A stretch of 64,000 bases of DNA. Origin: Methanobacteriota archaeon. Its GTDB lineage: Archaea; Halobacteriota; Bog-38; Methanoflorentales; Methanoflorentaceae. Made by a program: the position numbers and the translations under genes. The notes below the pieces were generated by a model, which saw nothing but the letters and a program-made list of their open reading frames with translations, did not search any database and was not told where the DNA came from. Positions 52,246 through 63,216 of the stretch are shown here, in pieces (the stretch's first letter is position 1; each line of letters begins with the position of its first letter). The stretch lies in contig CAVRAO010000008.1 of the NCBI GenBank assembly GCA_963719035.1, positions 399,898 to 463,897 of the forward strand, read 5' to 3'.

Positions 52246-52358
52246 GCGCTCTATGCCGCTCGTTGCTGAGCGCTCTCACTTTATTTATGATTCACATTTC
52301 TCGTGACAGTACCGTTCTCTGACGTACGGTCACAGCCAACAAGGCAGGTCAGTTGCGA

Positions 52359-53210
52359 ATGAAAGAGTTTGCCGTTGTATTCGACTGCGCTGGAACGCTT
52401 CTAAAGAAATATCGCGTAGCGAAGGATCTCGATCAAGGCACTTTCTTGCATCAGATAGTATCGCTCAGCTTAGTTGGAACGAGGGAGGACTACGTACTCG
52501 CCGTGTTTCAGTTGGACGTTCCTAAGGACTTAGAAGGCGTTCCTACAGACCTTTCAATCGCCGATTTCTTGGACAGCTACAACGTTGATCTTGTAGTTGT
52601 GTGCGCGAACGTCCCTGTAGCAAAGGCCAAGGTTATAAGCGCCGTCGCACAGGATAAACGGAGTCGCGTCAGCGACTTGGTCGACGTGGTGAACGAAGTC
52701 AGCAAGACGTGTAGCGCATCTTACTTCACGGGCACTGCGGCAATCGTTGATATCCAGCAAGGCAAGATTCCCTACATTCTCGCCACCTGCGGCGAACTGT
52801 TCGACTCGGCCCTTCCAGTTGTAAATGAACTGAAACGAACGGGAGGCGATATATATGTGGCTTCAGGTGACGCAAAAAATACCCTATTTGCGCTTGCTGA
52901 TCGCATTCACATTCCATATACCAACATCCTAGATATCGCAACTCCTAGCGTAAAGGAACAGCTCATTCACCAACTCAAGAATAAATACGGGTATGTCGTT
53001 ATGGTGGGCGATGGAATAAACGATATTCCCGCACTCAAAGCCGCGGATCTTGGAGTATTAACGGTACAACAGATAGAAGAACGTCCCACAGCGCTTTTCG
53101 AAGCGGCCGATATTGTCATAAAGGATTTGACGCTCTTACCCGGTATATTAAAAAACATTATTATGAATAACCGTTATAACGGTATGGGGTCGAAGGAGGC
53201 AATGCTGTAA
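52359..53210 (+). CDS. soluble P-type-ATPase-like HAD hydrolase
   Basis: VVFDCAGTL, ASGD, K, MVGDGIND; coupled to atwA. Confidence 0.85.
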   Translation: MKEFAVVFDCAGTLLKKYRVAKDLDQGTFLHQIVSLSLVGTREDYVLAVFQLDVPKDLEGVPTDLSIADFLDSYNVDLVVVCANVPVAKAKVISAVAQDKRSRVSDLVDVVNEVSKTCSASYFTGTAAIVDIQQGKIPYILATCGELFDSALPVVNELKRTGGDIYVASGDAKNTLFALADRIHIPYTNILDIATPSVKEQLIHQLKNKYGYVVMVGDGINDIPALKAADLGVLTVQQIEERPTALFEAADIVIKDLTLLPGILKNIIMNNRYNGMGSKEAML

Positions 53211-54805
53211 TGGTCGTCTTGATAGAAGTTGAGAACCTGGTTAAAACGTTCGGAGAAGTCGAGGTTCTCAAAGGAATTAATTTCACGTTAGACGAGGGAG
53301 AAGTACTAGGGATTATTGGGAAAAGCGGGGCTGGAAAAACCGTCTTGCTCCACGCCATACGGGGGATGAAGGAGTACAAGCCCACAGGCGGTAATATCTA
53401 TTACAACGTTGCGTATTGCCAAAACTGTCGACACGTCGATGTGCCCAGTCGAGTCGGGCAACCATGTCCCGTTTGTGCCGCAACAATGCAGTTGTTCCGA
53501 GTCGACGCGTGGCCTGATGATGAGAGCGATTTGCTCAAGGACGTGAGGGGCCGAGTCGCGATAATGCTACAACGCACTTTTGCTCTCTATGGAGACGAAC
53601 GGGCTATCGAAAACGTTATGAGAAACTTTACAGAAGGCGGTTACAGCGATTCTGAGGCAATTTACAAAGCATCTGAGCTCATCGACAAGGTAAAGCTATC
53701 ACACCGTATGATGCACATGGCCCGCGATCTAAGCGGGGGAGAGAAACAACGCGTTGTTTTAGCTCGTCAGCTGGCAAGATCGCCGATCATCTTGCTCGCT
53801 GATGAGCCCACCGGCACTTTGGATCGGAAGACAGCAGAGATCATTCACAAGGTAATTCAAGACGAGGCCAAAACGAATGACATGGCGGTACTCGTCACCT
53901 CCCACCTTCCTGAAGATATTGAATCAATAGCTGACAGAGCAATACTGCTCGAAGATGGAAGAATCACCAAGGACGGCGCTCCTAAAGAGGTTGTCGATCA
54001 CTTTTTGAGTACCGTAGGAGAGATAAAGAAACGAGAGGTCGCCTCTGGTGAAACGTTAGTCAAAGTGGACGAGCTGGAAAAGAAATATGTCACACTCGAT
54101 CGCGGAGTGATCAGAGCGGTGAACAACGTGTCTTTCAATATCCAAGAAGGAGAAATTTTTGGCCTAATTGGACTAAGTGGGGCCGGAAAGACAAGTGTTT
54201 CGAAGATTATCGCGGGCGTGCTTGAACCAACAAACGGGGAGGTGCTTGTACGCGTAGGTGATGACTGGGTGGATATGACGTTACCAGGTCCAGACAACCG
54301 AGGAAGAGCTAAGCCATATATTGGCATTCTTTATCAAGAATATGACCTTTATCCATTCCGCGATGTTTTAGACAACCTGACGAGCAGTATCGGGCTGGAA
54401 CTGCCTGCCGAATTATCGGAACACAAAGCGGTAGTAACTCTGATGGCAGCTGGATTCAGTGAGACGAAGAGTGAGAGCATACTGACAAAAGTTCCCGACG
54501 AGCTGAGCCAAGGAGAGCGACATCGGGTGGCCCTTGCACAGGTTCTGATTCGCGAGCCTAACCTCGTAATACTCGACGAACCAACTGGAACGATGGATCC
54601 TATCACTAAGAAAGACGTGTCTAACTCAATTCTGACGGCACGCACAGAAATGGGCGAGACTTTTATGATAGTGTCGCACGATCTCGATTTCGTTAAGGAG
54701 GTCTGCGACAGGGCAGCCCTCATGCGTGGGGGCAAGGTTATCTCCATCGGACCGACGGCACAAGTGCTTGATTTTCTAACAGAGCACGAACGAGCGGCAA
54801 CCTGA
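53210..54805 (+). CDS. atwA: methyl-coenzyme M reductase system component A2
   Basis: Two ABC-ATPase domains, C..C...CP.C insert, [11 protein letters not shown]. Confidence 0.95.
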   Translation: MVVLIEVENLVKTFGEVEVLKGINFTLDEGEVLGIIGKSGAGKTVLLHAIRGMKEYKPTGGNIYYNVAYCQNCRHVDVPSRVGQPCPVCAATMQLFRVDAWPDDESDLLKDVRGRVAIMLQRTFALYGDERAIENVMRNFTEGGYSDSEAIYKASELIDKVKLSHRMMHMARDLSGGEKQRVVLARQLARSPIILLADEPTGTLDRKTAEIIHKVIQDEAKTNDMAVLVTSHLPEDIESIADRAILLEDGRITKDGAPKEVVDHFLSTVGEIKKREVASGETLVKVDELEKKYVTLDRGVIRAVNNVSFNIQEGEIFGLIGLSGAGKTSVSKIIAGVLEPTNGEVLVRVGDDWVDMTLPGPDNRGRAKPYIGILYQEYDLYPFRDVLDNLTSSIGLELPAELSEHKAVVTLMAAGFSETKSESILTKVPDELSQGERHRVALAQVLIREPNLVILDEPTGTMDPITKKDVSNSILTARTEMGETFMIVSHDLDFVKEVCDRAALMRGGKVISIGPTAQVLDFLTEHERAAT

Positions 54806-54819
54806 CGGAAATAGCAGGC

Positions 54820-56340
54820 ATGTGCGCAAAGTCCATCGTTCTTAACGGAAAACAGGTTGCGCTCGATTCAGCTATTCGTACACTACGCGATGCGTTTGAA
54901 CATACAAACACCCCTTACCACGATGGACACATCGTGGGCATCATCAAGGGCAGAGAAGCGCAAAAACTCGACGTCATCAAGGAATACGCTATTTATACAG
55001 ATAAAGGCGAGATCAGAATTGAGATCGATGAGTCGTGCCGACGCCTTTGGCTGCGCACATATACTCTTTTCGTGGGAGCCAATGTCCACTGGTCCCAGCC
55101 GCAGATAGTATCCGCCGGTCCAGCCGCTACCGACCTTAAGGTCGTTCGGGCTGAGCGAGAGTACGAGCGCTGGGATGTCACATACAGCCTTGGAGGGTTT
55201 GACCACGCGAACACGTACCTTTCATTCATCAAAAAGAGACACAGGGCCTCGTATGGAACAAACATTGTATTAGGAAAGGCCGTTGCAGGCAGAAATATAC
55301 TCGAGAAGCTTGAGAATGGTGATACAATTCAAAAGATCGAGCCGATCGAACGACTTGAGTACGTCACAGACAAGTTCACTACATCTGATCTTGACCTCAG
55401 ACTTGAGCACGGGATGGAAGTGTACACCTACTTCAGAGCGACGCTTTCGCGGGATGTCTCAGAGGGCGCAGAACACTTTCTAGCTCTTGCCAAGGACGGC
55501 TACTATCAAGTAGATGCGATGACAAACACCTATGCCGTTTCTACACGCTTACGTGGTCGATCATCGCCTTTTGAAATGCTCGACGCAAGGAGTGAAGGCG
55601 CAATCACCGTACGGACGTCTGGAAACGACCGCGGGAACGTGTTTATATATAAAAGGGATACGCCGTCAAATTCTAATCATTCAGTTATCGGTCACGTCAG
55701 TGAAGGGCTAGAGCTCGTCAAAATCGCAACGCCTGGACAGAAGTTGCGCGTACTTACCGATCCGACGCGCGTCATGTTGTTAGGATTACGGTATGCGTCA
55801 GTAGAAGAAGAAGTCAATCGATTGGACATCTCACTCGAGCGCGAAGGGTATGAAGGAGACGATGCCGTGGTTGTGCATCAATCACCCCTCAACACGGTTG
55901 ATATCCTTAAAGCGAAAAGTGTAAAGACCTTTGCTGTTCCTCACGACAAGCTCATCAAAATTGAGCTTTATGAAGATAGCGCCCCTAAAACAGTGGCGTA
56001 CTTCAGGACGGTTGCAGGATTGCGGGATAATCCCATTGGGTCACTACAAACGCACGTCAAGTACGGCACGACCATCATGTTCCGCGCGCAGGCCACAGAA
56101 ACGTTCGACATTGTGCCGGAAAACACGCCGACTACAAAGGTGACGGCCGCCGAAATCGGCGTTTCAAACCGTTCCTCCAAGTACGCAGGATTGATAGGGG
56201 TACGCCTCGAGGATAACAAGAAGTACGGGCCTACTGGAGAGCGGTTCAACAGTACCAATATTATCGGGAGGATTGTGAATCCGGAGCCCCTTCAGAATGT
56301 GCGTGAAAATGAGACGATATTCGTTTGCGAAGCTCTGTAA
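54820..56340 (+). CDS. mmp3: methanogenesis marker protein 3
   Basis: Cyclophilin-like duplication, EN.P, IGVRL.D...YGPTGE.F..TNIIG; synteny. Confidence 0.9.
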   Translation: MCAKSIVLNGKQVALDSAIRTLRDAFEHTNTPYHDGHIVGIIKGREAQKLDVIKEYAIYTDKGEIRIEIDESCRRLWLRTYTLFVGANVHWSQPQIVSAGPAATDLKVVRAEREYERWDVTYSLGGFDHANTYLSFIKKRHRASYGTNIVLGKAVAGRNILEKLENGDTIQKIEPIERLEYVTDKFTTSDLDLRLEHGMEVYTYFRATLSRDVSEGAEHFLALAKDGYYQVDAMTNTYAVSTRLRGRSSPFEMLDARSEGAITVRTSGNDRGNVFIYKRDTPSNSNHSVIGHVSEGLELVKIATPGQKLRVLTDPTRVMLLGLRYASVEEEVNRLDISLEREGYEGDDAVVVHQSPLNTVDILKAKSVKTFAVPHDKLIKIELYEDSAPKTVAYFRTVAGLRDNPIGSLQTHVKYGTTIMFRAQATETFDIVPENTPTTKVTAAEIGVSNRSSKYAGLIGVRLEDNKKYGPTGERFNSTNIIGRIVNPEPLQNVRENETIFVCEAL

Positions 56341-56398
56341 TTACTGGATAATTATGCTGTTAATCGCTAGCATATCATCGTCATGAGCGAGTGGTGTA

Positions 56399-56845
56399 AT
56401 GGTACCAGATGAAACTACGAAAATGGTGGTTTTAGCAGAATCAAGCCCGATCTTACCTAGTGAGCTAGCATTGCGAGCCTACGAGTTGTCAACGGAAGCT
56501 GTGGTGAAAGAGACGTGCTACGGGCTCATTGTCACTGGATCAGAAAAAGCAGTAGATGAGATCATACAAGAACTAAGGAAACTCGACCCGTCGGGAATTT
56601 TCGTCAAGGACCGCGGGTTTCCTCCGGGAGATTCGAGACGATGTCGCGCCGTCAGGGGGGGTGGTCCCCGACCGGGCTTCCACCAGCTTGAGCGGGAATC
56701 AAATATCCTTCCGAGTATCTCCTATGGGTTAGAGAATATCGACGAGCCATCGGACGTCAAAGGACGAGAAAAGCGCAAAAGGCTCACGATTGACCGGTTC
56801 ATCGAAATCATTGAGGAGCAGTCTAAAGAGGATGTGAATGGTTAA
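56399..56845 (+). CDS. mmp6: methanogenesis marker protein 6
   Basis: KETCYG, IF.KDRGFP.GD.RRCR..RGGG.R.GFH. Confidence 0.92.
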   Translation: MVPDETTKMVVLAESSPILPSELALRAYELSTEAVVKETCYGLIVTGSEKAVDEIIQELRKLDPSGIFVKDRGFPPGDSRRCRAVRGGGPRPGFHQLERESNILPSISYGLENIDEPSDVKGREKRKRLTIDRFIEIIEEQSKEDVNG

Positions 56846-57296
56846 AATACTCGTATATCCGCCAAACAGTCTAATATTATCTGATTTGGTCGCGCGGTTT
56901 GGCCACGAGCCACTGACACTGATGCGCGTCATCCGCAAGAAAATCAAAGAAGTTGGGATAGATAGCCCACCGATAAACGTCACGCCAGAAGACCCGAAGA
57001 GAGGACTCAAGTACGCTGCAGTAGACGTCCCTTCAGGTGTGCGGGGGCGGATGGCATTGCTTGATCCCCTGATCGAAGAGGCTGAAGCTGCCATAATCGT
57101 TCATGAAGCGGATTTCTCATTTGGCTGCATGGGGTGCGCACGAACGAATGAACTTGCCAAGTATATCATACGTAACAAAGATATACCCCGTCTGGAACTT
57201 GCGTATCCAACGAATGATGATGAAGCGCGTGAATTCGTGCGAAAGATTCGCGACTTCTGCAAATCCCTGACATCCACAGCGGAGGTTATCGCGTGA
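56838..57296 (+). CDS. mmp5: methanogenesis marker protein 5
   Basis: [39 protein letters not shown]. Confidence 0.92.
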   Translation: MVKILVYPPNSLILSDLVARFGHEPLTLMRVIRKKIKEVGIDSPPINVTPEDPKRGLKYAAVDVPSGVRGRMALLDPLIEEAEAAIIVHEADFSFGCMGCARTNELAKYIIRNKDIPRLELAYPTNDDEAREFVRKIRDFCKSLTSTAEVIA

Positions 57297-58543
57297 CGCG
57301 AAAAATACGGATAGCACACCTTTCCTGTGGATCTGAATACAGTGGGGTTCAAAAGGAGATTCAAGATGCTGTAGAGGCAGTTAATGCCGAAATCGTTTTT
57401 CCTGAAGTTGAAACTGAAGCGATTAAAGACGCGGTGAAAGAGTGGGGATTGGAGGTCGCTAGTCCTGACTTACAGCTCATGATAGCGCGCGCGAAATCTA
57501 TAGTCGATGGTGGTTTCCCGGTCGATGCTGTATTTATCTCGACGTGCTTCCGATGCGCAGAAGCGGCGATTACCCGCAGCGAATTGCGTCGTTACATACA
57601 CGAGCGTGCTCATTTGCCCGTGATAAGCTACTCGTTCACGGAACGAACCACTGCAGAAACACTTCTAACGAGGATGGAAGCGCTCGTCACCACTGCGCTC
57701 AGACGGACACTGCTCGCTCGTGAAAAACAAACTGGACTCACTGCCGGAATAGACTCAGGCTCAACGACCACAAAAGCCGTGATAATGCGAGATAATGAGA
57801 TTATCGGAGTTGGATGGGTTGAAACCACCGAAGTGCTGAAGAGCGCAGAAAGTGCATATACGACAGCGCTGACCATGGCGGGAGTAGACAAATCTGAAAT
57901 TCAAGCGCTCGGAACGACAGGTTACGGTCGCTTGCTTATCGGAGGGGCTATGAACGCGGCGCTCGTTCAGGAAGAGCTGACTGTCAACTCGAAAGGCGCG
58001 GTCTATCTGGCAGAGAAGCAGAAAGGGCCGGCTACGGTCATTGACATCGGGGGCATGGATAATAAGGCTATCTCGGTTATCGACGGCATTCCAGGCAGCT
58101 TCACTATGGGTGGCATTTGCGCCGGGGCTTCGGGCCGTTTTCTCGATATGACCGCGCGGCGCTTGGGTGTCGATATCAGTGAGTTAGGGCCCTTAGCATC
58201 AAAAGGAGATCACAACCGTGTAACGATGAACAGTTACTGCATCGTTTTTGGAACACAAAGCCTCGTAAACGCTCTCTCGCTCGGAGCAACCAAAGAAGAC
58301 GTCGCAAGTGCGGCCTGTTATAGCGTGGCAGAACAGGTCTTTGAACAGCAGCTTCAAGAACTGGAAATTGTTGAGCCTGTCATAATGGTCGGTGGAACCT
58401 CGCTCATCAGCGGGTTGGTAGAAGCAATGCAAGACTTGCTCAGGGTGAGCGTTATAGTGCCGAGATACTCGCAGTACATCGGCGCTGTCGGAGCTGCGCT
58501 GCTTGCCAGCGGGTTTATCAATGAGCAGCAAGAACAGGCGTAA
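57293..58543 (+). CDS. mmp15: methanogenesis marker protein 15 (ASKHA activase-like)
   Basis: [39 protein letters not shown]. Confidence 0.92.
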   Translation: MTRKIRIAHLSCGSEYSGVQKEIQDAVEAVNAEIVFPEVETEAIKDAVKEWGLEVASPDLQLMIARAKSIVDGGFPVDAVFISTCFRCAEAAITRSELRRYIHERAHLPVISYSFTERTTAETLLTRMEALVTTALRRTLLAREKQTGLTAGIDSGSTTTKAVIMRDNEIIGVGWVETTEVLKSAESAYTTALTMAGVDKSEIQALGTTGYGRLLIGGAMNAALVQEELTVNSKGAVYLAEKQKGPATVIDIGGMDNKAISVIDGIPGSFTMGGICAGASGRFLDMTARRLGVDISELGPLASKGDHNRVTMNSYCIVFGTQSLVNALSLGATKEDVASAACYSVAEQVFEQQLQELEIVEPVIMVGGTSLISGLVEAMQDLLRVSVIVPRYSQYIGAVGAALLASGFINEQQEQA

Positions 58544-58591
58544 CTCAACCTTTCAGTTCGGTGAGCGAGCACAAAGAAGCCGTATACACTC

Positions 58592-59155
58592 ATGATAGAT
58601 TCCGAAAAAGTCGCTGTCAAGTCTCCGGATGAACAAGGGGCGCGCTTAATTGAAGAGCTTACATATGACGTTTTGTCTGACCTCGACGTCGCACAATCGC
58701 TGTATAACATAAGGATCTACGTTGACCCCGACGAACCTGTATTCATCTTGTACGGAAAGCTTGCAGTTTCACTTCCAGATATCAAGATTTCCGACGTCGC
58801 AACGATGACGCACACAGATGATGGACTAAAGTTGGATATAAAGAACGAACGCTACGTCAACGATCTCATTGACAAACTTGTTGAGCATTATGGGAAGGCT
58901 AATATTTTGCAGATTGACCGCTACACGGTGCTTGTCGCTACCGACGACGATATTCCTGACGAAACCATCTACGAACCCTCCACCGAGTTGAAGCGCAAAG
59001 TCATCGATTCAATTCGACGGATTGCGCCCGAAGGTTACAGGATAATAAAGCACGAGATTTCTAAAAACTACATTTTATTCATAGCGTCCGAGGAGCCAAT
59101 GAAAGAAGAGTGGATACAGCAGGGACATAAGCTCCTTAAAGAGGCGGGAGTGTAA
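58592..59155 (+). CDS. mmp17: methanogenesis marker protein 17
   Basis: DP.EP.FI, RI.PEG.R, ASE; synteny. Confidence 0.85.
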   Translation: MIDSEKVAVKSPDEQGARLIEELTYDVLSDLDVAQSLYNIRIYVDPDEPVFILYGKLAVSLPDIKISDVATMTHTDDGLKLDIKNERYVNDLIDKLVEHYGKANILQIDRYTVLVATDDDIPDETIYEPSTELKRKVIDSIRRIAPEGYRIIKHEISKNYILFIASEEPMKEEWIQQGHKLLKEAGV

Positions 59156-59156
59156 G

Positions 59157-60077
59157 ATGCTTGAGCCCCTCATGTATACTGGCGGCGTCTATCGTCACGA
59201 CGAATTGATAGAGCTTGTTGAGGACCTTGGCGGCCACGTTTTGCAAAAAAACGTGATGCAGCTCGAGGTCGTGCTCTTAATCCTCGTACCTGCCGACGAT
59301 ATTAGCGCAGTGGAGGGAAAAGCGGGGGAGCTCTTAGGAACCATCGTCAGGGCCCCCCTTATCGGCACCGAAATTGCTGTCGTTGCACCAAGCCTCGCTT
59401 ATCACCATATGCCACACCCGACGTGCGACATCGCAGAATATCTCCGAAGAAATGGAGCAAAAACGAATATCATTGGCTTAGCTCGTGGGGTGGGGCGGCG
59501 CGCCGCGCAGCTGACCAAGAGCGAGCGCGGACTGATCAACGAGCACGATTTAGCGTTGTTTGTTTTAGGCGATTTCTTGAGCTGTATCGTGGACGTCAAA
59601 TATCAACTCTACGAGGACTTAGAGGTTCCCGTAATAGTAACTGGAGGCCCAGAATGCGACGCGGTTCCCTACGCTTATGCCTATATCGGGGGAATAGGAC
59701 GACGCGCTAAGGGGTTCCACCGGGCGTCCGAGTTCACGATTTTGGATAGCATCGTTGAAAAGATCAGCACAGCCCTCGATGAAAGGCGCGAAGAGCTCGA
59801 AAAGGATCCACTTTCGGTAAGCCCGTTTCGCCTTATGGATGAAATTACCGAACAGATTCCCGAAGTTGGTGAGAGTCTTTCCCCAACGCCAATTACGATG
59901 CATCTGGACGGCATGCGGATCAAGCTTCCGTTCGATGAGTACTACGAAAGAGTAAGGAATGTCAAACTTATTGAGGGTCCTATCTTAGCTGATATGGCAG
60001 AAGTACGACCTTCGTATATGCGCGAGTATATAATCTTAAAAATAAAGACAAAATCGGTCGCGGGATTTGCGCTCTAA
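59157..60077 (+). CDS. mmp7: methanogenesis marker protein 7
   Basis: GGVY...EL.EL.EDLGG, H.PH..CDIAEYLRR.GA.TN.IGLARG.G. Confidence 0.92.
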   Translation: MLEPLMYTGGVYRHDELIELVEDLGGHVLQKNVMQLEVVLLILVPADDISAVEGKAGELLGTIVRAPLIGTEIAVVAPSLAYHHMPHPTCDIAEYLRRNGAKTNIIGLARGVGRRAAQLTKSERGLINEHDLALFVLGDFLSCIVDVKYQLYEDLEVPVIVTGGPECDAVPYAYAYIGGIGRRAKGFHRASEFTILDSIVEKISTALDERREELEKDPLSVSPFRLMDEITEQIPEVGESLSPTPITMHLDGMRIKLPFDEYYERVRNVKLIEGPILADMAEVRPSYMREYIILKIKTKSVAGFAL

Positions 60078-60140
60078 CAACGGGTCTTAGATTATAAAGG
60101 CATAATTCACTTTTCAAAGTGAAGAAGACGTGTAAGCTTC

Positions 60141-61358
60141 TTATGTGCCAATCGCATCGATGGTTCTTAGTAATTCTGTAAAACCATCAACTTCACTTTG
60201 TAGGACCTCATCACGGTTTAAACCGATGCTCATCTCACCATCAACCGTTAGTTGTTCGGGCCCCCTCCGCACGATTCGGTATACGCCGTCAGCACGCAGC
60301 GTCTCAGTAACGGCCTTGTCGTGTACCATCGCCCGTCCCGGTATTATCACGGTCTCCCCCATGTCCTCTAGTTTCAGCTTCTGAATATCGTCCAACGTGA
60401 TGAGACACGCGATCTCTTTTTCAGTGTTTACGACGTTCACGTTCGGCGCAATGCGCTTAAATATCGAACGAAGAAACGGACCCGCCACGGCACCGGTGAT
60501 TACTGTCGCGCGTTTGCCAGTTCTTGGCAGGTATGCCTCAGGGTTGCTTGCAACGTAAAACGGCGACCCAATTTCCGGATCCCACAGTGGGGTGCCCGTC
60601 ACCCTCATCTTGTAATCGTCGTTGATGGTGCTCACCAACTCTTTGAAGCTCTCGATTGACTGAGATTCGATGCCGCGCATTATCGGTGCATTTCCAAGAA
60701 TGAGCCCCTCTTTGGCTTGATTCGCGAATCGCATCAAAATCAAACCGCGTGCTCCTAGTTCTTCGAGATCGTCACACGTTCGCCTTAAAACATCACCGTC
60801 GTTTATCCCTGGAATAATGACTGCAGCGGCATAAACGTCGCACGAGGCGCAAAAGGTCGACAGACATTCAAGTGAGGCTTCCGGCGAGGGGTCAGCCATA
60901 TACCGCTTGCGCAAACTGGGGTCGGTCGCAAAAACGGTAAAAGAGACTTCGCGTACATTGTGGCTTACAAGCGTATCTGCAGCGTCACGACTGTCAAAGC
61001 CTTTTCCGCTTGTGTAACCGAGATGAATCGGGACTTGAAGGCTCGAAAGCAGCTCGGCCAGCTCAATCAGGTGAGGGTAGCAACTGACATCCCCCCCGCC
61101 GCTTATTGTGACCTTTTCTGGGTCTTTTGCGCTCATCTTGAGCATGGCGTGGACGTCTTGCGCTACGCGCAAAAACGGCTTAAAACCGGGGTACGTCTCT
61201 GCAATCGCTCTCCCACAATAATCGCAGCCCTCGCTGAGGGGCGAACAGAAGCGGCACCCAAAAGGCACAAAGTCCTTTACCTTTTTAAAATAGCAGTAAC
61301 TGCAAAACCCGCGACAATCGATCCCAGGCTTTCCTCCAACGTCTGCGAGCAGCTCCAT
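60141..61358 (-). CDS. mmp10: MCR arginine methyltransferase Mmp10 (B12 radical SAM)
   Basis: DVGGKPG.DCRGFC.YCYF, GC..C.....GCDYC iron loop, HLGYTSGKG, LTVDGEMS. Confidence 0.93.
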   Translation of the reverse strand: MELLADVGGKPGIDCRGFCSYCYFKKVKDFVPFGCRFCSPLSEGCDYCGRAIAETYPGFKPFLRVAQDVHAMLKMSAKDPEKVTISGGGDVSCYPHLIELAELLSSLQVPIHLGYTSGKGFDSRDAADTLVSHNVREVSFTVFATDPSLRKRYMADPSPEASLECLSTFCASCDVYAAAVIIPGINDGDVLRRTCDDLEELGARGLILMRFANQAKEGLILGNAPIMRGIESQSIESFKELVSTINDDYKMRVTGTPLWDPEIGSPFYVASNPEAYLPRTGKRATVITGAVAGPFLRSIFKRIAPNVNVVNTEKEIACLITLDDIQKLKLEDMGETVIIPGRAMVHDKAVTETLRADGVYRIVRRGPEQLTVDGEMSIGLNRDEVLQSEVDGFTELLRTIDAIGT

Positions 61359-61425
61359 GTGATCCTCTATTAGCGCGGCATTTCCATTAACAAGTAGTTA
61401 TAATTCAATAAATATATAATTTTGC

Positions 61426-61440
61426 AAAAAATAAAAAAAA
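61426..61440 (-). terminator. oligo-T terminator after frhB
   Basis: T-rich run on the minus strand a few nt after the TAA at 61446-61448. Confidence 0.55.
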
Positions 61441-61447
61441 GAGGGTT

Positions 61448-61562
61448 AGAACGGATTTGGAAGCCCAATTTCCGTTCTTTCCTTGTGAGTCCTCTCAGAG
61501 CGATGAGAACGGATTTGGAAGCCCAATTTCCGTTCTTTCCTTGCGAGTCCTCTCAGAGCGAT
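61448..61562. repeat. tandem duplication (57-bp copies, period 58) of the frhB 3' end
   Basis: 61448-61504 and 61506-61562 are identical except for one T/C. Confidence 0.92.
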
Positions 61563-62352
61563 CCCACTTGCTCTGCGCGAGCCTTGTGAGCATTTCCATG
61601 CCAAACTTGCCGGGATCGATTGGTTTGGTCTCAAACAGGCCGACCTCAACTGCGCTCTCGAAAAGTTGTTTCCCAGTCTGGGTCCGCGGCATCACGGTTG
61701 ACCATCCATCAGGCGAGCCGATCGAACCGGTCGAGATGTCCGCTGTCCGCGCGGTCAGGTCGGGACAAAGGTAGCAACCCGGCTGAACGTAGTTGTGAGT
61801 GAGCTTCACTGGAACCTCAACACGCTCGCCCAAGCTTGACGTGACGATCATCTTGCCTTTTGACACGTCCATCTTTTGGACTTGTTCAATATTCACTTTG
61901 TGAATTTCTTCGACGATCGCTTTAATTCCCGTGTAGGTGAAGTTCTCAGTACAAAATATGCCGAGCAGCAATGCCATTTTGTTGGGCAAATGGCGCGCTC
62001 CAAAAGGATAGAGCTGCATCTTTCGAACCGCATAGGTCAGGCAATGCATTCCCACCATCCCAATCTTATCGAGGCCATTCTCACGTGCAGCGATTTTCAG
62101 CGCGCTATTTAGCGGACACAGCACGTATTTGGTGCCGGCCGCTGCGACAATCTCCTCAGGCGTCGTGGCTACATATGGCACCGGATTCCATGGTTCTTCG
62201 GTTGGCATGGCGACGATCGCGCCCTCAATTACGCCCGTTTCAAGTGCGTGTATAAGGAGAGTGCTCACTATACCGCCATCTTGCGACTGTTTCTGGAGCG
62301 CCTTGTCGGTCGTCTTCACCGTCATTATGTCAAGGTATTTGCCAAGAACCAT
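61495..62352 (-). CDS. frhB: F420-reducing hydrogenase beta subunit
   Basis: MVLG.Y, QDGGIVS, AAGTKY, RK.Q.YPFG, GIFCTENF, D.TA..ADISTGS.GSP.GWS. Confidence 0.93.
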   Translation of the reverse strand: MVLGKYLDIMTVKTTDKALQKQSQDGGIVSTLLIHALETGVIEGAIVAMPTEEPWNPVPYVATTPEEIVAAAGTKYVLCPLNSALKIAARENGLDKIGMVGMHCLTYAVRKMQLYPFGARHLPNKMALLLGIFCTENFTYTGIKAIVEEIHKVNIEQVQKMDVSKGKMIVTSSLGERVEVPVKLTHNYVQPGCYLCPDLTARTADISTGSIGSPDGWSTVMPRTQTGKQLFESAVEVGLFETKPIDPGKFGMEMLTRLAQSKWDRSERTRKERTEIGLPNPFSSL

Positions 62353-63216
62353 TTACTCCACCCCCATAATGCGCTTCTCGATCATTTCAAAGGTCGGCTC
62401 GAAGCTCCTCGGACATTGTGCATAGCACGCTCCGCATTTTATACAAAGCTCCTGGTTGACGTGCGGGCGCCCGTAATCCATGTCAATCGCCCGCGTTGGG
62501 CACGCCATGGCACAGGTACCGCACCCGATGCACAGTCCGTTTCCGATGATTTTCGTCAATAGGTCACAACCGCACGCAAATCCCGCAAGTTCGGCGAGGG
62601 GCTTCAAGTAATCCAGGTCCCCACCCACCGCCGCAAGTATCGTGTTAGCGATCACCTCAGGACCGGTAGGGCATCCAGGGAGTGCGAAATCGACTTTAAC
62701 GAGATTCGCGACGGGAACGAACGATTCGTGCGATGGCGTCGCCGCTTGTCCCCCTACACTGAATCGAGTCACGCAGCCTGAGCCGGCACAACCGCCCATG
62801 GCGACTAAAAATGTCGAATTCTGTCGAATCTTGCGTATGTCGTCAACCTGTCTCTTGTCTTGCAAACAAATCGAACCGTGAACAATGGCAATATCCATTT
62901 GGTCATCGGGAATCTCTCGCACGTCTGCAAGCGTTGTCTCATAACGATAGTCTATTGCGTTTAGCAAATCAAGAAGAATGTCGTAGTTATCGGTTAGCGA
63001 TATTAGACATCCCGTACATCCACTCATTACCGCCGTAAGCACCTTCGGCTTTGCAGCAGCCATTTCTTTCACCTCCGCCTCCGCTTCCGCGGGTTTTGCT
63101 GTTATCTCCGGTTGAGCAGCGTCGATTTTCTCTTCTGCAGCCGGAGGGTTAGTCGTCTCCTTCTCTAATTTGTTGTCGGCTTCAGATTTCTTTTCTTTCT
63201 TCCAAAACGGGCTCAT
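62353..63216 (-). CDS. frhG: F420-reducing hydrogenase gamma subunit
   Basis: SGCTGC, G.CA..G, LPGCP, ACGCDL, CIGCGTC...CP, CIKCGAC..QCPRS. Confidence 0.93.
   Translation of the reverse strand: MSPFWKKEKKSEADNKLEKETTNPPAAEEKIDAAQPEITAKPAEAEAEVKEMAAAKPKVLTAVMSGCTGCLISLTDNYDILLDLLNAIDYRYETTLADVREIPDDQMDIAIVHGSICLQDKRQVDDIRKIRQNSTFLVAMGGCAGSGCVTRFSVGGQAATPSHESFVPVANLVKVDFALPGCPTGPEVIANTILAAVGGDLDYLKPLAELAGFACGCDLLTKIIGNGLCIGCGTCAMACPTRAIDMDYGRPHVNQELCIKCGACYAQCPRSFEPTFEMIEKRIMGVE

Noticed and set aside
62353-63216. Charged N-terminal extension of FrhG
   Set aside because: Low-complexity extension with an alternative ATG (MAAAKPK) available; not evidence of a new domain.
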